DNA from: Candidatus Eiseniibacteriota bacterium
GTDB taxonomy: Bacteria; Eisenbacteria; RBG-16-71-46
Length of the DNA stretch: 64,000 nt
Assembly (NCBI GenBank): GCA_963744995.1
Contig: CAVUWA010000001.1
Location: 225,821-289,820 of the forward strand
Reading direction: 5' to 3'
The translations under genes and the position numbers were made by a program. Of this stretch, positions 29,098-39,803 are shown in pieces. Each line of letters starts with the position of its first letter. Positions within the stretch are counted from its first letter, which is position 1. Below the pieces are notes generated by a model. The model was not told the DNA's origin. It saw only the letters and a program-made list of their open reading frames with translations, and searched no databases.

Positions 29098-30222
29098 TCA
29101 TGCGAGCTCCACCCGGCTCGAGTCGCCGATCATCAGCCGGTGCGCACGCGGGCGCGTAGCGTGCGTCGTCACCGTGACGTCGCGGCCGATCAGGCTCGAT
29201 TCGATGCGGTGCGGCACGCCGCTGATCGTACTGCGCTCGAGCACGATGGAGTGCTCGATCTCCGAATGCGAAATCGTCACGCCGTCGGCGATCGCGCTGA
29301 ACGGCCCGATGTAGGCGTCCTCGATGGTCGCGTTCGCGCCGACCACCAGCGGCCCGCGCAGGCGCGAACGCAGCACCGTCGAGCCCGCGCCGATGCAGAC
29401 GTTCCCCTCGATCCGGGTCGCCTCGTCGACGCTGCCGTCGATCTTCGTCTCGAGATCGGCGAGCACGATGCGGTTCGCCTCGAGCAGGTCCTCGACCTTG
29501 CCGGTGTCCTTCCACCAGCCGCCGATGACGTGCGAGCGCACGCGCCGCTTCGCGTTGATCAGGTGCTGAATCGCGTCGGTGATCTCGAGCTCGCCACGGC
29601 GGCTCGGGCGGATCGCGTTCACCGCCTCGAAGATCGACGGATCGAACAGGTAGACGCCCACCAGGGCCAGATCGCTCTTCGGCTGCTTCGGCTTCTCCTC
29701 GAGCCGTACGACGCGGTCGCCGTCGAGCTCGGCGACGCCGAAGTCCTGCGGCGTCTTGACGTGGGCAAGCAGGATCTGTGCATTGGGCTGCTCGGCCTCG
29801 AACTCGCGCACGAACGGGACGATGCCGTCCTTGATCAGGTTGTCACCCAGGTACATGACGAACGCATCGTCGCCGATGAACGGCTGGGCGATCTTCACCG
29901 CGTGCGCGAGCCCGAGCGGGGCCTCCTGCTCGATGTACGTCACCCGCAGGCCGAATGCCGCGCCGTCGCCGACCGCGCGGCGGATCTCGGCCTGGCTGTT
30001 GACCATCACCGTGGTGTGCTCGCCGGTGCGGCGGTCGGGCTCGAGCATCTCGCGCGGATCGCTGACGACGATGCCGACGTCCACGATACCGGCGTCGCGC
30101 AGGGATTCGAGGCCGTAGAACAGCACGGGTTTGTTGGCCACCGGCACCAGCTGCTTGGCGCTCGTGTGCGTGATGGGACGGAGCCGCGTGCCGCGGCCTC
30201 CCGCGAGGACCAGCGCCTTCAT
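29098..30222 (-). CDS. rmlA: Glucose-1-phosphate thymidylyltransferase (long form)
   Basis: LAGGRGTRLRPIT..SAKQLVPVANKP, GLAHAV, LGDN, RGELEITDA, WKDTG, C-terminal left-handed beta-helix. Confidence 0.93.
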   Translation of the reverse strand: MKALVLAGGRGTRLRPITHTSAKQLVPVANKPVLFYGLESLRDAGIVDVGIVVSDPREMLEPDRRTGEHTTVMVNSQAEIRRAVGDGAAFGLRVTYIEQEAPLGLAHAVKIAQPFIGDDAFVMYLGDNLIKDGIVPFVREFEAEQPNAQILLAHVKTPQDFGVAELDGDRVVRLEEKPKQPKSDLALVGVYLFDPSIFEAVNAIRPSRRGELEITDAIQHLINAKRRVRSHVIGGWWKDTGKVEDLLEANRIVLADLETKIDGSVDEATRIEGNVCIGAGSTVLRSRLRGPLVVGANATIEDAYIGPFSAIADGVTISHSEIEHSIVLERSTISGVPHRIESSLIGRDVTVTTHATRPRAHRLMIGDSSRVELA

Positions 30223-30349
30223 AAGCGACCTTTCATGGTTGGGATGCCGCCGTGACGACGCCGCGCCCGCTGCGCCGCGCCGCCATCAAGCCGTCGCCAT
30301 ACTCCCGCGCCAGCCGCCTGCCACCGCGCGGCACGCGGCAGGGCGCGGC

Positions 30350-33076
30350 TCATTCCGCGAGCGCCTCGCCCAGCATGCGCCGGGCCTCCGCGAGGGCGTC
30401 TTCGAGCTTCGCCGCGTCCTTCGCGCCGGCGAGCGCGAGATGCGGCTTGCCGCCGCCGGACCCGCCCGCGACCTTCGCCACCCCGCGCACCAGCTCGTCG
30501 GCGCGCAGCTTCTTCGCTTTCACCAGATCGTCCGTCACCGCAGCCAGGAACGTGAGCTTGTCGCCGGCCCGGATGGCCAGCACCGCGGCGCCGCGGCCGA
30601 GCGCGCCCCGCAGGCGGTCGGCGGCCTCGCGCACCGCGTTGGGGTCCGCACCCGAGGTGATCTCGGCGACCAGCCAGCGGCCGCCCGGCGCCTGGGTGGC
30701 GGCCGCGGCGAGCTTTTCGAGCTCGGCCTCGAGACCGCCCTTTTCCTGCTCGGCCAGCGCCTTCTTCAGCTTCTCGTTCTCGGCGCGCAGCTTCTGCACC
30801 TGTTCGGGCAGCGCGGCCGGACTCGCCTGCAGGAGCTCCGCCGTCCTGGCCAGCAGCCGCTCCTCGCCCTTCAGGTGCCTGAGCGCCTCGTGTCCGCACA
30901 GCGCCTCGACGCGGCGCGTCCCGCTCGCGATGGCGGAGTCGTTCACCAGCACGAACGCGCCGATGTCGCCCGTGCGCCGCACGTGCGTGCCGCCGCACAG
31001 CTCACGGCTCACCGGGATGTGCGCCGAGCGCGAACCGTCGACGGTGACCACGCGGACCTCGGCGCCGTATTTCTCGCCGAACAGGGCCATGGCGCCGAGC
31101 GCCTTCGCTTCCGCGATCGGCATCACCGTCCAGCTCACGTCCTTGTTGCGCAGCACCCACTCGACCACGATGCCCTCGATCGTTTCGAGCTGCTCCGCGC
31201 TCGGCGCCTCGAAGTGCGTGTAGTCGAAGCGCAGGCGATCGGGGGCCACCAGCGAGCCCGCCTGGCGCACGTGCTCGCCCAGCACCTGGCGCAGCGCCGC
31301 GTGCAGCAGATGCGTCGCCGTGTGATGGCGCATCGTCGGAAAGCGGTGTGCCGGTGACACGCTCGCCTTGAGCCCGCCGCGCGCACCGGCCGAGATCAGC
31401 GAGTCGCGGTCACCGTGCGTGAAGCGCACGCGGTGCACGATCTGCTCGTCCTCGCGATAGACGTGGGTGAGCACGGCGACGATCCCGATGCTCTCGATGC
31501 GGCCCATGTCGGCCACCTGGCCGCCGGACTCCGCGTAGCACGGCGTGCGATCGAGCACGATCTCGATTTCGCCTTCGCTGCCGCACTTGCGCCAGCGCCT
31601 GAGCGTGAGGCTCCCCGCGGCCAGCGCGTCATAGCCGATGAACTCCGAATCCGCGCCGTCGGTCACTGCGGTCCACGGCGCGCGCTCCCCGGCGCCGGTC
31701 CTGCCGAACCGGCTGGCGGCCCGCGCCCGGGCGCGCTGCTCTTCCATGGCTTCGTCGAACTCCCCGCGGTGCACCGCCACGCCGCGTTCGCGCGCGATCT
31801 CCTCGGTGAGTTCGATCGGAAAACCGTAGGTGTCGTGCAGCACGAACGCGTCCTCGCCGGAAATCGTCTTGTGGCCCGTGGCGAACAGCTCTTCGAGCCG
31901 CGCGAGGCCGCCTTCGAACGTCTGTGCGAATCCGGCCTCCTCGTGCTCGAGCACGCGCAGCACCTGATCGCGATGCGCGACCAGCTCGTGGTAGTGGCCG
32001 CCGAACATGTCCACCGCATGCGCCGCGAGCGGCGCCAGGAACGGCTCGCCGAGATCGAGCCCGGCGCGCCGCCGTCCGCGCGTGACCGCGCGGCGGAGCA
32101 GCCGCCTGAGCACGTAGCCGGCCCCTTCGTTGCCCGGCAGCGCCCCTTCGGCGATCGCGAACGTGAGCCCGCGCACGTGATCGGCGATCACCCGGGCATC
32201 GCGGCGCGCGAGCGCGAGCCGCTGCGCGTCCGGCTTCGCCAGGTCCAGGATCTGCTGGACCAGCGGCGCGAACAGGTCGGTGTCGAAGATCGAGGTCTTC
32301 CCCTGCAGGATCAGCGCCAGCCGCTCGAGGCCCATGCCGGTGTCGATGCCCGGGTGGGCGAGCGGCTGCAGCGTGCCGTCGGCCTGCGCGTCGAACTGCG
32401 GGAACACCAGGTTCCAGAACTCCATGAAGCGGTCGCCCGGGTCGCCCGGCCGTTCACCCCAGAAGGTGCCCTCGGGGTAGTCCGCGGGAGCCTTCTCGCC
32501 GAGATCGAAGTAGATCTCGCTGCTCGGCCCGCAGGCGCCCTGCCCGCCCGCCGGCCCCCAGAAGTTGTCGGCGCGCCCGAGCGGCACGATGCGGCGCTCC
32601 GGCACGCCGGCTTTCTTCCAGAGCGCGATCGCCTCTTCGTCGCGCGGCAGCGCGCCTTCGCCTTCGAAGATCGAGACGTAGAGCCGCTCCTCCGGCAGCT
32701 GCAGCACCTGCGTCACGAACTCCCAGGCGTACGCGATCGCGTCTTCCTTGAAGTACGCGCCGCGCTCCCGGGCCCCGAACGAGAAATTGCCCAGCATCTC
32801 GAAGAACGTGTCGTGGCGCGGGGTGAGCCCCACGTTCTCGAGATCGGTGAGACGCAGGCACTTCTGCACCGAGACCGCGCGTGTGTACGGCACTTCGCCG
32901 CTCGCCGTGTAGTAGGGCTTGAACTGCACCATGCCGGCGGTGGTGAACAGCAGCGTCGGGTCGCCCGGCACCAGCGGCGACGACGGCACCGAGGTGTGCC
33001 CGCGGGAGACGAAGAAGTCGACGAAGGCGCGGCGCAGCTCGGCCGCGGCCCTGGGAGTCGTGGAGGCCTGGGTCAT
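30350..33076 (-). CDS. alaS: Alanine--tRNA ligase
   Basis: DPTLLFTTAGMVQFK, HDTFFEMLGNFS, IDTGMGLER, HHTATHLLH, ELCGGTH, GGSGGGKP. Confidence 0.98.
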   Translation of the reverse strand: MTQASTTPRAAAELRRAFVDFFVSRGHTSVPSSPLVPGDPTLLFTTAGMVQFKPYYTASGEVPYTRAVSVQKCLRLTDLENVGLTPRHDTFFEMLGNFSFGARERGAYFKEDAIAYAWEFVTQVLQLPEERLYVSIFEGEGALPRDEEAIALWKKAGVPERRIVPLGRADNFWGPAGGQGACGPSSEIYFDLGEKAPADYPEGTFWGERPGDPGDRFMEFWNLVFPQFDAQADGTLQPLAHPGIDTGMGLERLALILQGKTSIFDTDLFAPLVQQILDLAKPDAQRLALARRDARVIADHVRGLTFAIAEGALPGNEGAGYVLRRLLRRAVTRGRRRAGLDLGEPFLAPLAAHAVDMFGGHYHELVAHRDQVLRVLEHEEAGFAQTFEGGLARLEELFATGHKTISGEDAFVLHDTYGFPIELTEEIARERGVAVHRGEFDEAMEEQRARARAASRFGRTGAGERAPWTAVTDGADSEFIGYDALAAGSLTLRRWRKCGSEGEIEIVLDRTPCYAESGGQVADMGRIESIGIVAVLTHVYREDEQIVHRVRFTHGDRDSLISAGARGGLKASVSPAHRFPTMRHHTATHLLHAALRQVLGEHVRQAGSLVAPDRLRFDYTHFEAPSAEQLETIEGIVVEWVLRNKDVSWTVMPIAEAKALGAMALFGEKYGAEVRVVTVDGSRSAHIPVSRELCGGTHVRRTGDIGAFVLVNDSAIASGTRRVEALCGHEALRHLKGEERLLARTAELLQASPAALPEQVQKLRAENEKLKKALAEQEKGGLEAELEKLAAAATQAPGGRWLVAEITSGADPNAVREAADRLRGALGRGAAVLAIRAGDKLTFLAAVTDDLVKAKKLRADELVRGVAKVAGGSGGGKPHLALAGAKDAAKLEDALAEARRMLGEALAE

Positions 33077-33222
33077 AAGGGGCGAAAGATACCGAGTTTG
33101 TCCGGACGAGGCTAGGCGGTGTCCGGGCGCGCCCATCGCCGCGTGGCCCCGTCGCGCGTCGCCACGGAAGGATCCAGGATGCGCCTCGCGGTCCGCTCCT
33201 CCGCCTCCGGCCAGCGACGTTC

Positions 33223-33834
33223 TCAGCCGCCGCCCGACCTGCGCGACCCGCGCGTGGGCCGGTCGGAGTCTTCGGCGCCGCGGGCGCCGCGGGCCTCGGC
33301 TTCGCGCAGCGCCGCTTCGATCGTCTCGCCGCCGAATCCCTTGCGCGCGAGCATGCCCCACAGGCGCTGGCGTCGAACCCGCGGCTCGAGTTTCGCGTAA
33401 CGGCGCGCCGCCTGCTCGATCGCGCGCCGGGCGCCCGCAAGCTCGTCGACGCCGCCGTGCTCCGCTTCGAACCCGGCGCGCGCCGTGGCGATGTCCTCCG
33501 CCCCCACGCCGCGGCGCCTGAGGTCGTTCTCGAGCACGCGCCAGCCCGCCGCGCGACGGCCCCAGCGCCCGGCCAGGTAGGCGCGCGCGTACTCGACATC
33601 GTCCACCAGTCCGACGCCGGCAAGCCGGTCGATCACCTGATCGATCAGCGCGGCGTCGTAGCCCTTGTCGGCGAGCTTCCGGACGAGACCGCTGCGCGTG
33701 CGGCGGGTGCGCTCGAGCAGCCGGAGCGCCGCCTCGCGACAGGCCTCGGGATCGCGTGCGCGCTCCGCGCTCACCGGGCCGCGCGGCGTACGGCGGCCGG
33801 CGCGGCGTTTGCGGGTGGCCTCGGGCGGTTTCAC
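33223..33834 (-). CDS. recX: Regulatory protein RecX
   Basis: EAALRLL..TRRT...KLADKGY...GLVDDVEYA...LARKGF; GTG start overlaps the upstream stop. Confidence 0.88.
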   Translation of the reverse strand: MKPPEATRKRRAGRRTPRGPVSAERARDPEACREAALRLLERTRRTRSGLVRKLADKGYDAALIDQVIDRLAGVGLVDDVEYARAYLAGRWGRRAAGWRVLENDLRRRGVGAEDIATARAGFEAEHGGVDELAGARRAIEQAARRYAKLEPRVRRQRLWGMLARKGFGGETIEAALREAEARGARGAEDSDRPTRGSRRSGGG

Positions 33835-34238
33835 GACTCGAGCGTCCAGTAGGGGTTCATGAGCAGAGCCAGCAGCGAGAGTCCGATGAGCGTGAACGAC
33901 ACGCCCTGCGGCGCGCCGAGGAACGCGAGCACCAGGCCGAGCACGGCCGGGCCCTCGTCGAGCGCCCACACGATGACCGCCCATGGCGCCGGTGCGCCTC
34001 CGGAGGTCTGAAGCGTGGTCAGGGTTCCGCGCTTGACCTGCACCCACAGCACCTGCGCGACCGCCGTCTCCAGCGCGGCGATGCCGACGAGGATCGCAGG
34101 CAGCGAAGGCGCCACCGCTGCCGCCGGCGCTTCGACGACGAACAGGATCAGACCCAGATAGACGAACGGGGCGAACACCAGCCCCCACCAGATCATCGGC
34201 GAAGCCGGCGGCGACTTCTCGACGACGGCCACGGGCAC
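33831..34238 (-). CDS. Hypothetical membrane protein (about 4 TM)
   Basis: Hydrophobic ORF with GGAGG RBS, coupled to recX; WALDEGPAVLG motif. Confidence 0.65.
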   Translation of the reverse strand: MPVAVVEKSPPASPMIWWGLVFAPFVYLGLILFVVEAPAAAVAPSLPAILVGIAALETAVAQVLWVQVKRGTLTTLQTSGGAPAPWAVIVWALDEGPAVLGLVLAFLGAPQGVSFTLIGLSLLALLMNPYWTLES

Positions 34239-34340
34239 CTCCTCGCGATGTTGCGGCCGCGCCGCGCGGCCGCAACGGACGCAGGCGCCCCCGGAGTGCG
34301 TCCGGGAGCGTCTGCAGGCTATCGCCGCACGAGGCGCGCT

Positions 34341-35015
34341 TCAATAGATGCCCGGGATCAGCCTCGCCGTGCGCCCCATGTAGTCGCGGTAGTCCTCGAA
34401 CTTCGTGTTCATGAAGCCCTCTTCGACGTCCATGCGGCGCTTGAACATCCAGAACACGACCGGCAGCAGCGCGAGCGCGACGAGACTGCGGAACACGCCC
34501 GCAAAGCCGAGGTCCATGAGCAGGATGCCGATGTAGGACGGATGCCGCACCAGCCGGTAGAACCCGCCGGTGTGAAGCCGATGGTCCGCCTGCACCGCGA
34601 CGACCGAGACGAAGCGGCGGCCGAGCGTCAGCATCGGGCCGAGCCTCAGGAACACCCCGACCGTGAGCAGCGAGAACCCGACCCAGCGCGTCACCTCGCC
34701 GCCCGGGATCACCCAGATGTCGCGCGCGTCCATGTAGGGCATGACGTAGGCCGTGAACACCGAGTGCATCGCCAGCAGCGGGAAGAACGGCTTCCAGTCC
34801 GGCGCGTGCTCGAGCCCCCTGCTGCGGCCGCCGGTCGACCACGTCATCACCGGGATCATGATGAGGTGCAGCACGATCACGCCCACACGCGTCGGGTGCG
34901 AGAGGAAGCCATCCACGCTGCCCCAGCCCATCATCATGAGCAGCAGGAACAGCACGACGTTCAGCGGAATCCCGATCAGCTGCTTGAGCGGGGGAGCCGA
35001 CATGACCACCTCCAC
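34341..35015 (-). CDS. Isoprenylcysteine carboxylmethyltransferase (ICMT/PEMT) family membrane protein
   Basis: HRLHTGGFYRLVRHPSYIG...RMDVEE...Y..YMGRTARLIPGIY. Confidence 0.9.
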   Translation of the reverse strand: MEVVMSAPPLKQLIGIPLNVVLFLLLMMMGWGSVDGFLSHPTRVGVIVLHLIMIPVMTWSTGGRSRGLEHAPDWKPFFPLLAMHSVFTAYVMPYMDARDIWVIPGGEVTRWVGFSLLTVGVFLRLGPMLTLGRRFVSVVAVQADHRLHTGGFYRLVRHPSYIGILLMDLGFAGVFRSLVALALLPVVFWMFKRRMDVEEGFMNTKFEDYRDYMGRTARLIPGIY

Positions 35016-35090
35016 GGCGATTCGTTGACCGAAACGACCGTGGAGTTATCGGCGGGGCAGAGCGGGTTCCGCAGGGCCGCGTGCGGCCGC

Positions 35091-35666
35091 TCAAGATCCG
35101 TCCCGGAGCGCGTGCCATGCGTCGATCAGGCGTTGCGGCTCGTCCACCGCGAACGCGAACGCGTCCGCATGCCGCCGGAGGCCGGAGAGCCCGCGCGCTT
35201 CCACGGGTCGCCGGGTGCGCACGACGAGATCCGGATCGGCGAACAGGCTCAGCTTGAGCGGTCGCCCCGCGGCGGAATCGTCACGACCCGGGCGCTCGAT
35301 CGAGGCGATCGCATCGAGCGGGATCGACACGTCCCAGCGCAGTCCCGCGTGCAGCTCGAGCCCGTCCGCGCCGAGCCGGATCGGACGCAGGCAGGTCGCC
35401 CGCCAGTCGGCGACGAACCAGAGCATCCCGTAGAGCGCGAGTCCGGTGGCGAGCCACGCCGCGATCGGCGTCCAGCGCGAAAGCAGCAGGTGGACCGGCA
35501 CCAGCTCGGCCGTGGTGAGCAGGCCCAGGCCGAGGATCACCGAGGGGTAGCTGCTCTTTTCGTGCAGCGTGAAGTAGCCGTCGCCCGCGAGCGGGCGCGC
35601 CCGCCACGAGCCGAGCGCGTAGTAGAACACGCCGGGCTTCGGCGCGCTGCGCCGTGTGGATGTCAT
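35091..35666 (-). CDS. Hypothetical membrane protein
   Basis: Two TM segments (ELVPVHLLL, LYGMLW) plus a PH-like C-terminal region; GGAG RBS. Confidence 0.65.
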   Translation of the reverse strand: MTSTRRSAPKPGVFYYALGSWRARPLAGDGYFTLHEKSSYPSVILGLGLLTTAELVPVHLLLSRWTPIAAWLATGLALYGMLWFVADWRATCLRPIRLGADGLELHAGLRWDVSIPLDAIASIERPGRDDSAAGRPLKLSLFADPDLVVRTRRPVEARGLSGLRRHADAFAFAVDEPQRLIDAWHALRDGS

Positions 35667-35787
35667 CTGGGGCGTTCTCCCGTCACGGGGGCCGGGAATG
35701 GGGCGTCCGCTCGAGGCCCAACGGGCCGCGGGACCCGCCGTCCGTGGGTCATGACGGGCGGAGCCCGGGGCCCCGCCCGTCACGGAT

Positions 35788-36906
<1,119 letters not shown>

Positions 36907-37027
36907 CACTGCTCTCCTTCGCAGGGGCGGGTTCAAACCGGATCGATCGGGGTGGCTTCGTGGGCATCGGGGCTCGGGTCCCGCAGGCCCACCGGCCGAC
37001 CGCGTCCGGTGCTCGTTGGGCGCCATA

Positions 37028-37043
37028 CTACACAAATGAGCAG
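37028..37043. promoter_or_regulatory. Putative LexA (SOS) box overlapping the recA promoter
   Basis: Imperfect palindrome CTGCTCATTTGTGTAG (minus strand) spanning the spacer and -10 of TTCGCG-17nt-TAGTAT. Confidence 0.55.
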
Positions 37044-37155
37044 TGGGCGCGAAGCACTATTTTCGGCAGCCTAACTCGTTGCGGCCATGGAGCGAAAGGG
37101 CCGGATCGGCAAACCGCTCCGGCCCTTCCTGCCCCCGCGCCGCGCGGCCCGCGGC

Positions 37156-37485
37156 TCAGCGGAGCACGGTGAAGCGCCGGGTCTCGGCGCGGCGTCCGCC
37201 GGCCCCCCGGACCCGCAGCCGCGCGAAGTACACGCCGTCAGCGAGCGCGCGTCCGGTGCCGTCGCGCCCGTCGAACCCGGCGACGTACGTCCGGGCCGGC
37301 TGCTCGCGCCGGAGCACCGGGCGAACCCGCCGGCCGTTCAGGTCGAACACGTCCAGCTCGACCGCGGCGTCGTGGGGAATCCCGTAGCGGAACCCGATCG
37401 CGCCGTGCGTCGGGTTGGCGCCGGCGAGCGCGAACGCCAGCCGCGCGGGGGCGCCCGTCTGCGCCGCGCGTTCGTCACAGCGCAC
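37156..37485 (-). CDS. Stand-alone FlgD-Ig/T9SS-like C-terminal domain (possibly a gene remnant); start uncertain
   Basis: LAFALAGANP...VELDVFDLNGRRVR...FDGRDGTGRALADGVYFARL; no signal peptide or cargo domain. Confidence 0.55.
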   Translation of the reverse strand: MRCDERAAQTGAPARLAFALAGANPTHGAIGFRYGIPHDAAVELDVFDLNGRRVRPVLRREQPARTYVAGFDGRDGTGRALADGVYFARLRVRGAGGRRAETRRFTVLR

Positions 37486-37567
37486 CGGCGCTCGGGCCGC
37501 TTCCTGCCGCTCCTGCGCCGCCCGAAGGTCCGTCCTGGCGGCGGGCGCGCGGCTCAGCCCGGCCGGC

Positions 37568-37777
37568 TCAGGCCGCGCCGCGGGTGACCAGCCGCTCGAA
37601 CAGCCGGCGCTGCGCGGCGGTGACGTCCGCCACCGCCTGCTCGAAGGCGGCCTCGTTCGCATGCGAGGGCCTGGGATAGCCGCTCACCTTGCGCACGAAC
37701 TGCAGAGCGGCGTCGCGCATCTCGGCTTCGGTCGGGGCCCCATCGGGGCGTCGCAGCTTGCGGATGTTTCGGCACAT
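37568..37777 (-). CDS. DUF2277 family protein
   Basis: MCRNIRKL...EMRDAALQFVRKVSG...PSHANEAAFEQAV; GGAGG RBS. Confidence 0.88.
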   Translation of the reverse strand: MCRNIRKLRRPDGAPTEAEMRDAALQFVRKVSGYPRPSHANEAAFEQAVADVTAAQRRLFERLVTRGAA

Positions 37778-37828
37778 GGCGTGTCCTCCGATCGGTGTCG
37801 CGGGCGGGGACGCCGAGGATAGCGCGTT

Positions 37829-38389
37829 TCAGCGCCCGCCGAGCGGGGCGTCTTCGACGACCGTGTAGATCGAGCCGCCGCGCGCGAGCTGACTGCGCAC
37901 CAGCGCGATGCGCTCGACCTGGAATGCAGCCGCCTCCGGATCCGGCGCGGCGCCCGCGAGCCGCGCGCTCCAATCGGCGCGCGGCTCGCGCACGCGGCCG
38001 ATCGTGAGGTGCGCCGAGAACGGACGCTCCTCCTTCGCAAAGCCGCGCGCCGCGAGCGCGTCGGCGAGCGACGCCGCGAGCGCGGTCATCGCCTCCGCCC
38101 CCGCCGCGACGCCGAGCCACAGCACGCGCGCCTGTTTCGGCGCAGGGAAGGCGCCCGCCGGGCCAAGCACGACCTCGAACGGCGCGTGCGCCCCAGCGCC
38201 TTCCTGCGCGGCGTGCACGACGTCGCGCCGCGCCGAGTCGCCGACCTCGCCGAGGAAGCGCAGCGTGAAGTGCAGGTTGGCTTCCTTCACCCATGCCACG
38301 CCGTCCCCCGGGTGTCTGAGCGCACCGGTGACGGCGAATGCCGCGCGCTGCACGGAGGGCGGCGGCACGATCGCGAGGAACAGCCTCAT
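37829..38389 (-). CDS. thpR: RNA 2',3'-cyclic phosphodiesterase (2H family)
   Basis: MRLFLAI, two HxT motifs (NLHFTLRFLG, FSAHLTIGR); coupled to cinA. Confidence 0.93.
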   Translation of the reverse strand: MRLFLAIVPPPSVQRAAFAVTGALRHPGDGVAWVKEANLHFTLRFLGEVGDSARRDVVHAAQEGAGAHAPFEVVLGPAGAFPAPKQARVLWLGVAAGAEAMTALAASLADALAARGFAKEERPFSAHLTIGRVREPRADWSARLAGAAPDPEAAAFQVERIALVRSQLARGGSIYTVVEDAPLGGR

Positions 38390-39645
38390 CGGGGGAGCTG
38401 CGGATCCACCGGCAGCCCCAGCGCGAGGCGCCTGAGCAGGTCGAACGCCGCCTGCGCGCTGCGCTGGCGGATCGTATCGCGCGGGCCCGAGAAACGAACG
38501 GTGCGCGACGCCCTGGTCCCGGGCGCCAGCGCCGCGATGCACACCGTGCCGACCGGCTTCTGCGGAGTGCCGCCGTCGGGGCCGGCGATGCCGGTGATGC
38601 CGACCGCGGTCTCGACGCCCGCGCGCGCGGCCGCGCCCGCCGCCATCTGCTCGGCCACCACGGTGCTCACCGCGCCGTGCTTTTCGAGTGCGTCGGACTC
38701 CACGCCGAGCATCTGCACCTTGGCTTCGTTGGAATACGTGACGAAGCCGCGCTCGAACCAGCGCGACGCGCCCGGGACGTCGGTGATGCGCTTCGCCGCG
38801 AGTCCGCCGGTGCAGGACTCGGCGGTCGCGAGCCGCCAGCCGCGCTCGAGCAGGATGTCGCCGAGGACCTCCTCCATCGCCGTCGCACCTTCGGCGTAGA
38901 CCACGGGCGCCACCAGCGCGACGAGATCGTCGTGAGCCTGATCGCGGACCTCGCGTACGCGCGCCGGATCCTGCCCGGCCACCGTCACGCGCAGATCCAC
39001 GCCGAGATAGCTGGGCAGGTAGGCGAGCGAGGCGCTCGGCCAGCGGTGCGGCGTCGCGGCGATCACTTCGTGCAGCATGCTCTCGTAGACGCCCGCGGTG
39101 CGCAGCGTGAACGTCTCCACCGTGCGGCCGGTGCGTGCGCGCAGGAACGGCACCAGCGATTGGCGTGTCAGCGCTTCCATTTCGGACGGCACTCCGGGCA
39201 GCAGCACCACGGGCCTGTCGTCGTGCATGATCAGAATGCCCGGTGCACTGCCGAGCGGATTCGGCCACGCCTCGGCGCCGACCGGAATCAGCGCCTGGCC
39301 CTCGAGCGCCGGCGCCATCTTGCGACCGCGGCGCTTCGCCATGACGCGCAGCTCCTCGAGCACGCGGTCGTCGAGCCGGAGCGGCCGGCCGAGCAGCGTC
39401 GAGACCGCCTTGCGCGTGATGTCGTCCGGCGTCGGGCCGAGCCCGCCGGTCATCACCACGGCGTCGGCGCGCCCGAGTGCGATGCGCAGCGCCTCGCCGA
39501 TGCGCTCGGCGGTATCGCCGACGGTGGTGTGCCAGCCGATCACCACGCTCACCTCTTCGAGCGCGCGGGCGATGAAGGCGAAGTTGGTGTCGACGGTGCG
39601 CCCGGACAGGATCTCGTTGCCGATGGTGATGATTTCGATCTGCAT
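38386..39645 (-). CDS. cinA: Competence/damage-inducible protein CinA (MocF + PncC domains)
   Basis: IGNEILSG...DTN, GGLGPTPDDIT, LPGVP, AESCTGG, TYSNEAK, TGIAGPDGG..KPVG. Confidence 0.96.
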   Translation of the reverse strand: MQIEIITIGNEILSGRTVDTNFAFIARALEEVSVVIGWHTTVGDTAERIGEALRIALGRADAVVMTGGLGPTPDDITRKAVSTLLGRPLRLDDRVLEELRVMAKRRGRKMAPALEGQALIPVGAEAWPNPLGSAPGILIMHDDRPVVLLPGVPSEMEALTRQSLVPFLRARTGRTVETFTLRTAGVYESMLHEVIAATPHRWPSASLAYLPSYLGVDLRVTVAGQDPARVREVRDQAHDDLVALVAPVVYAEGATAMEEVLGDILLERGWRLATAESCTGGLAAKRITDVPGASRWFERGFVTYSNEAKVQMLGVESDALEKHGAVSTVVAEQMAAGAAARAGVETAVGITGIAGPDGGTPQKPVGTVCIAALAPGTRASRTVRFSGPRDTIRQRSAQAAFDLLRRLALGLPVDPQLPR

Positions 39646-39803
39646 GTGCGCTCTCGCAGGGAAGCTGCCGGCGGCCGTTCGGGTCGGCCCGTGCGGGCCG
39701 GGCGCCAATCTGCACCAGGCGCGGCAGGTTTTCAAAACCGGCGCCGGAACGGTGGAGCCGGCGGCGTGAAGGACGGCTGCGCGACGGCCCGGGAGCGCGT
39801 ATC

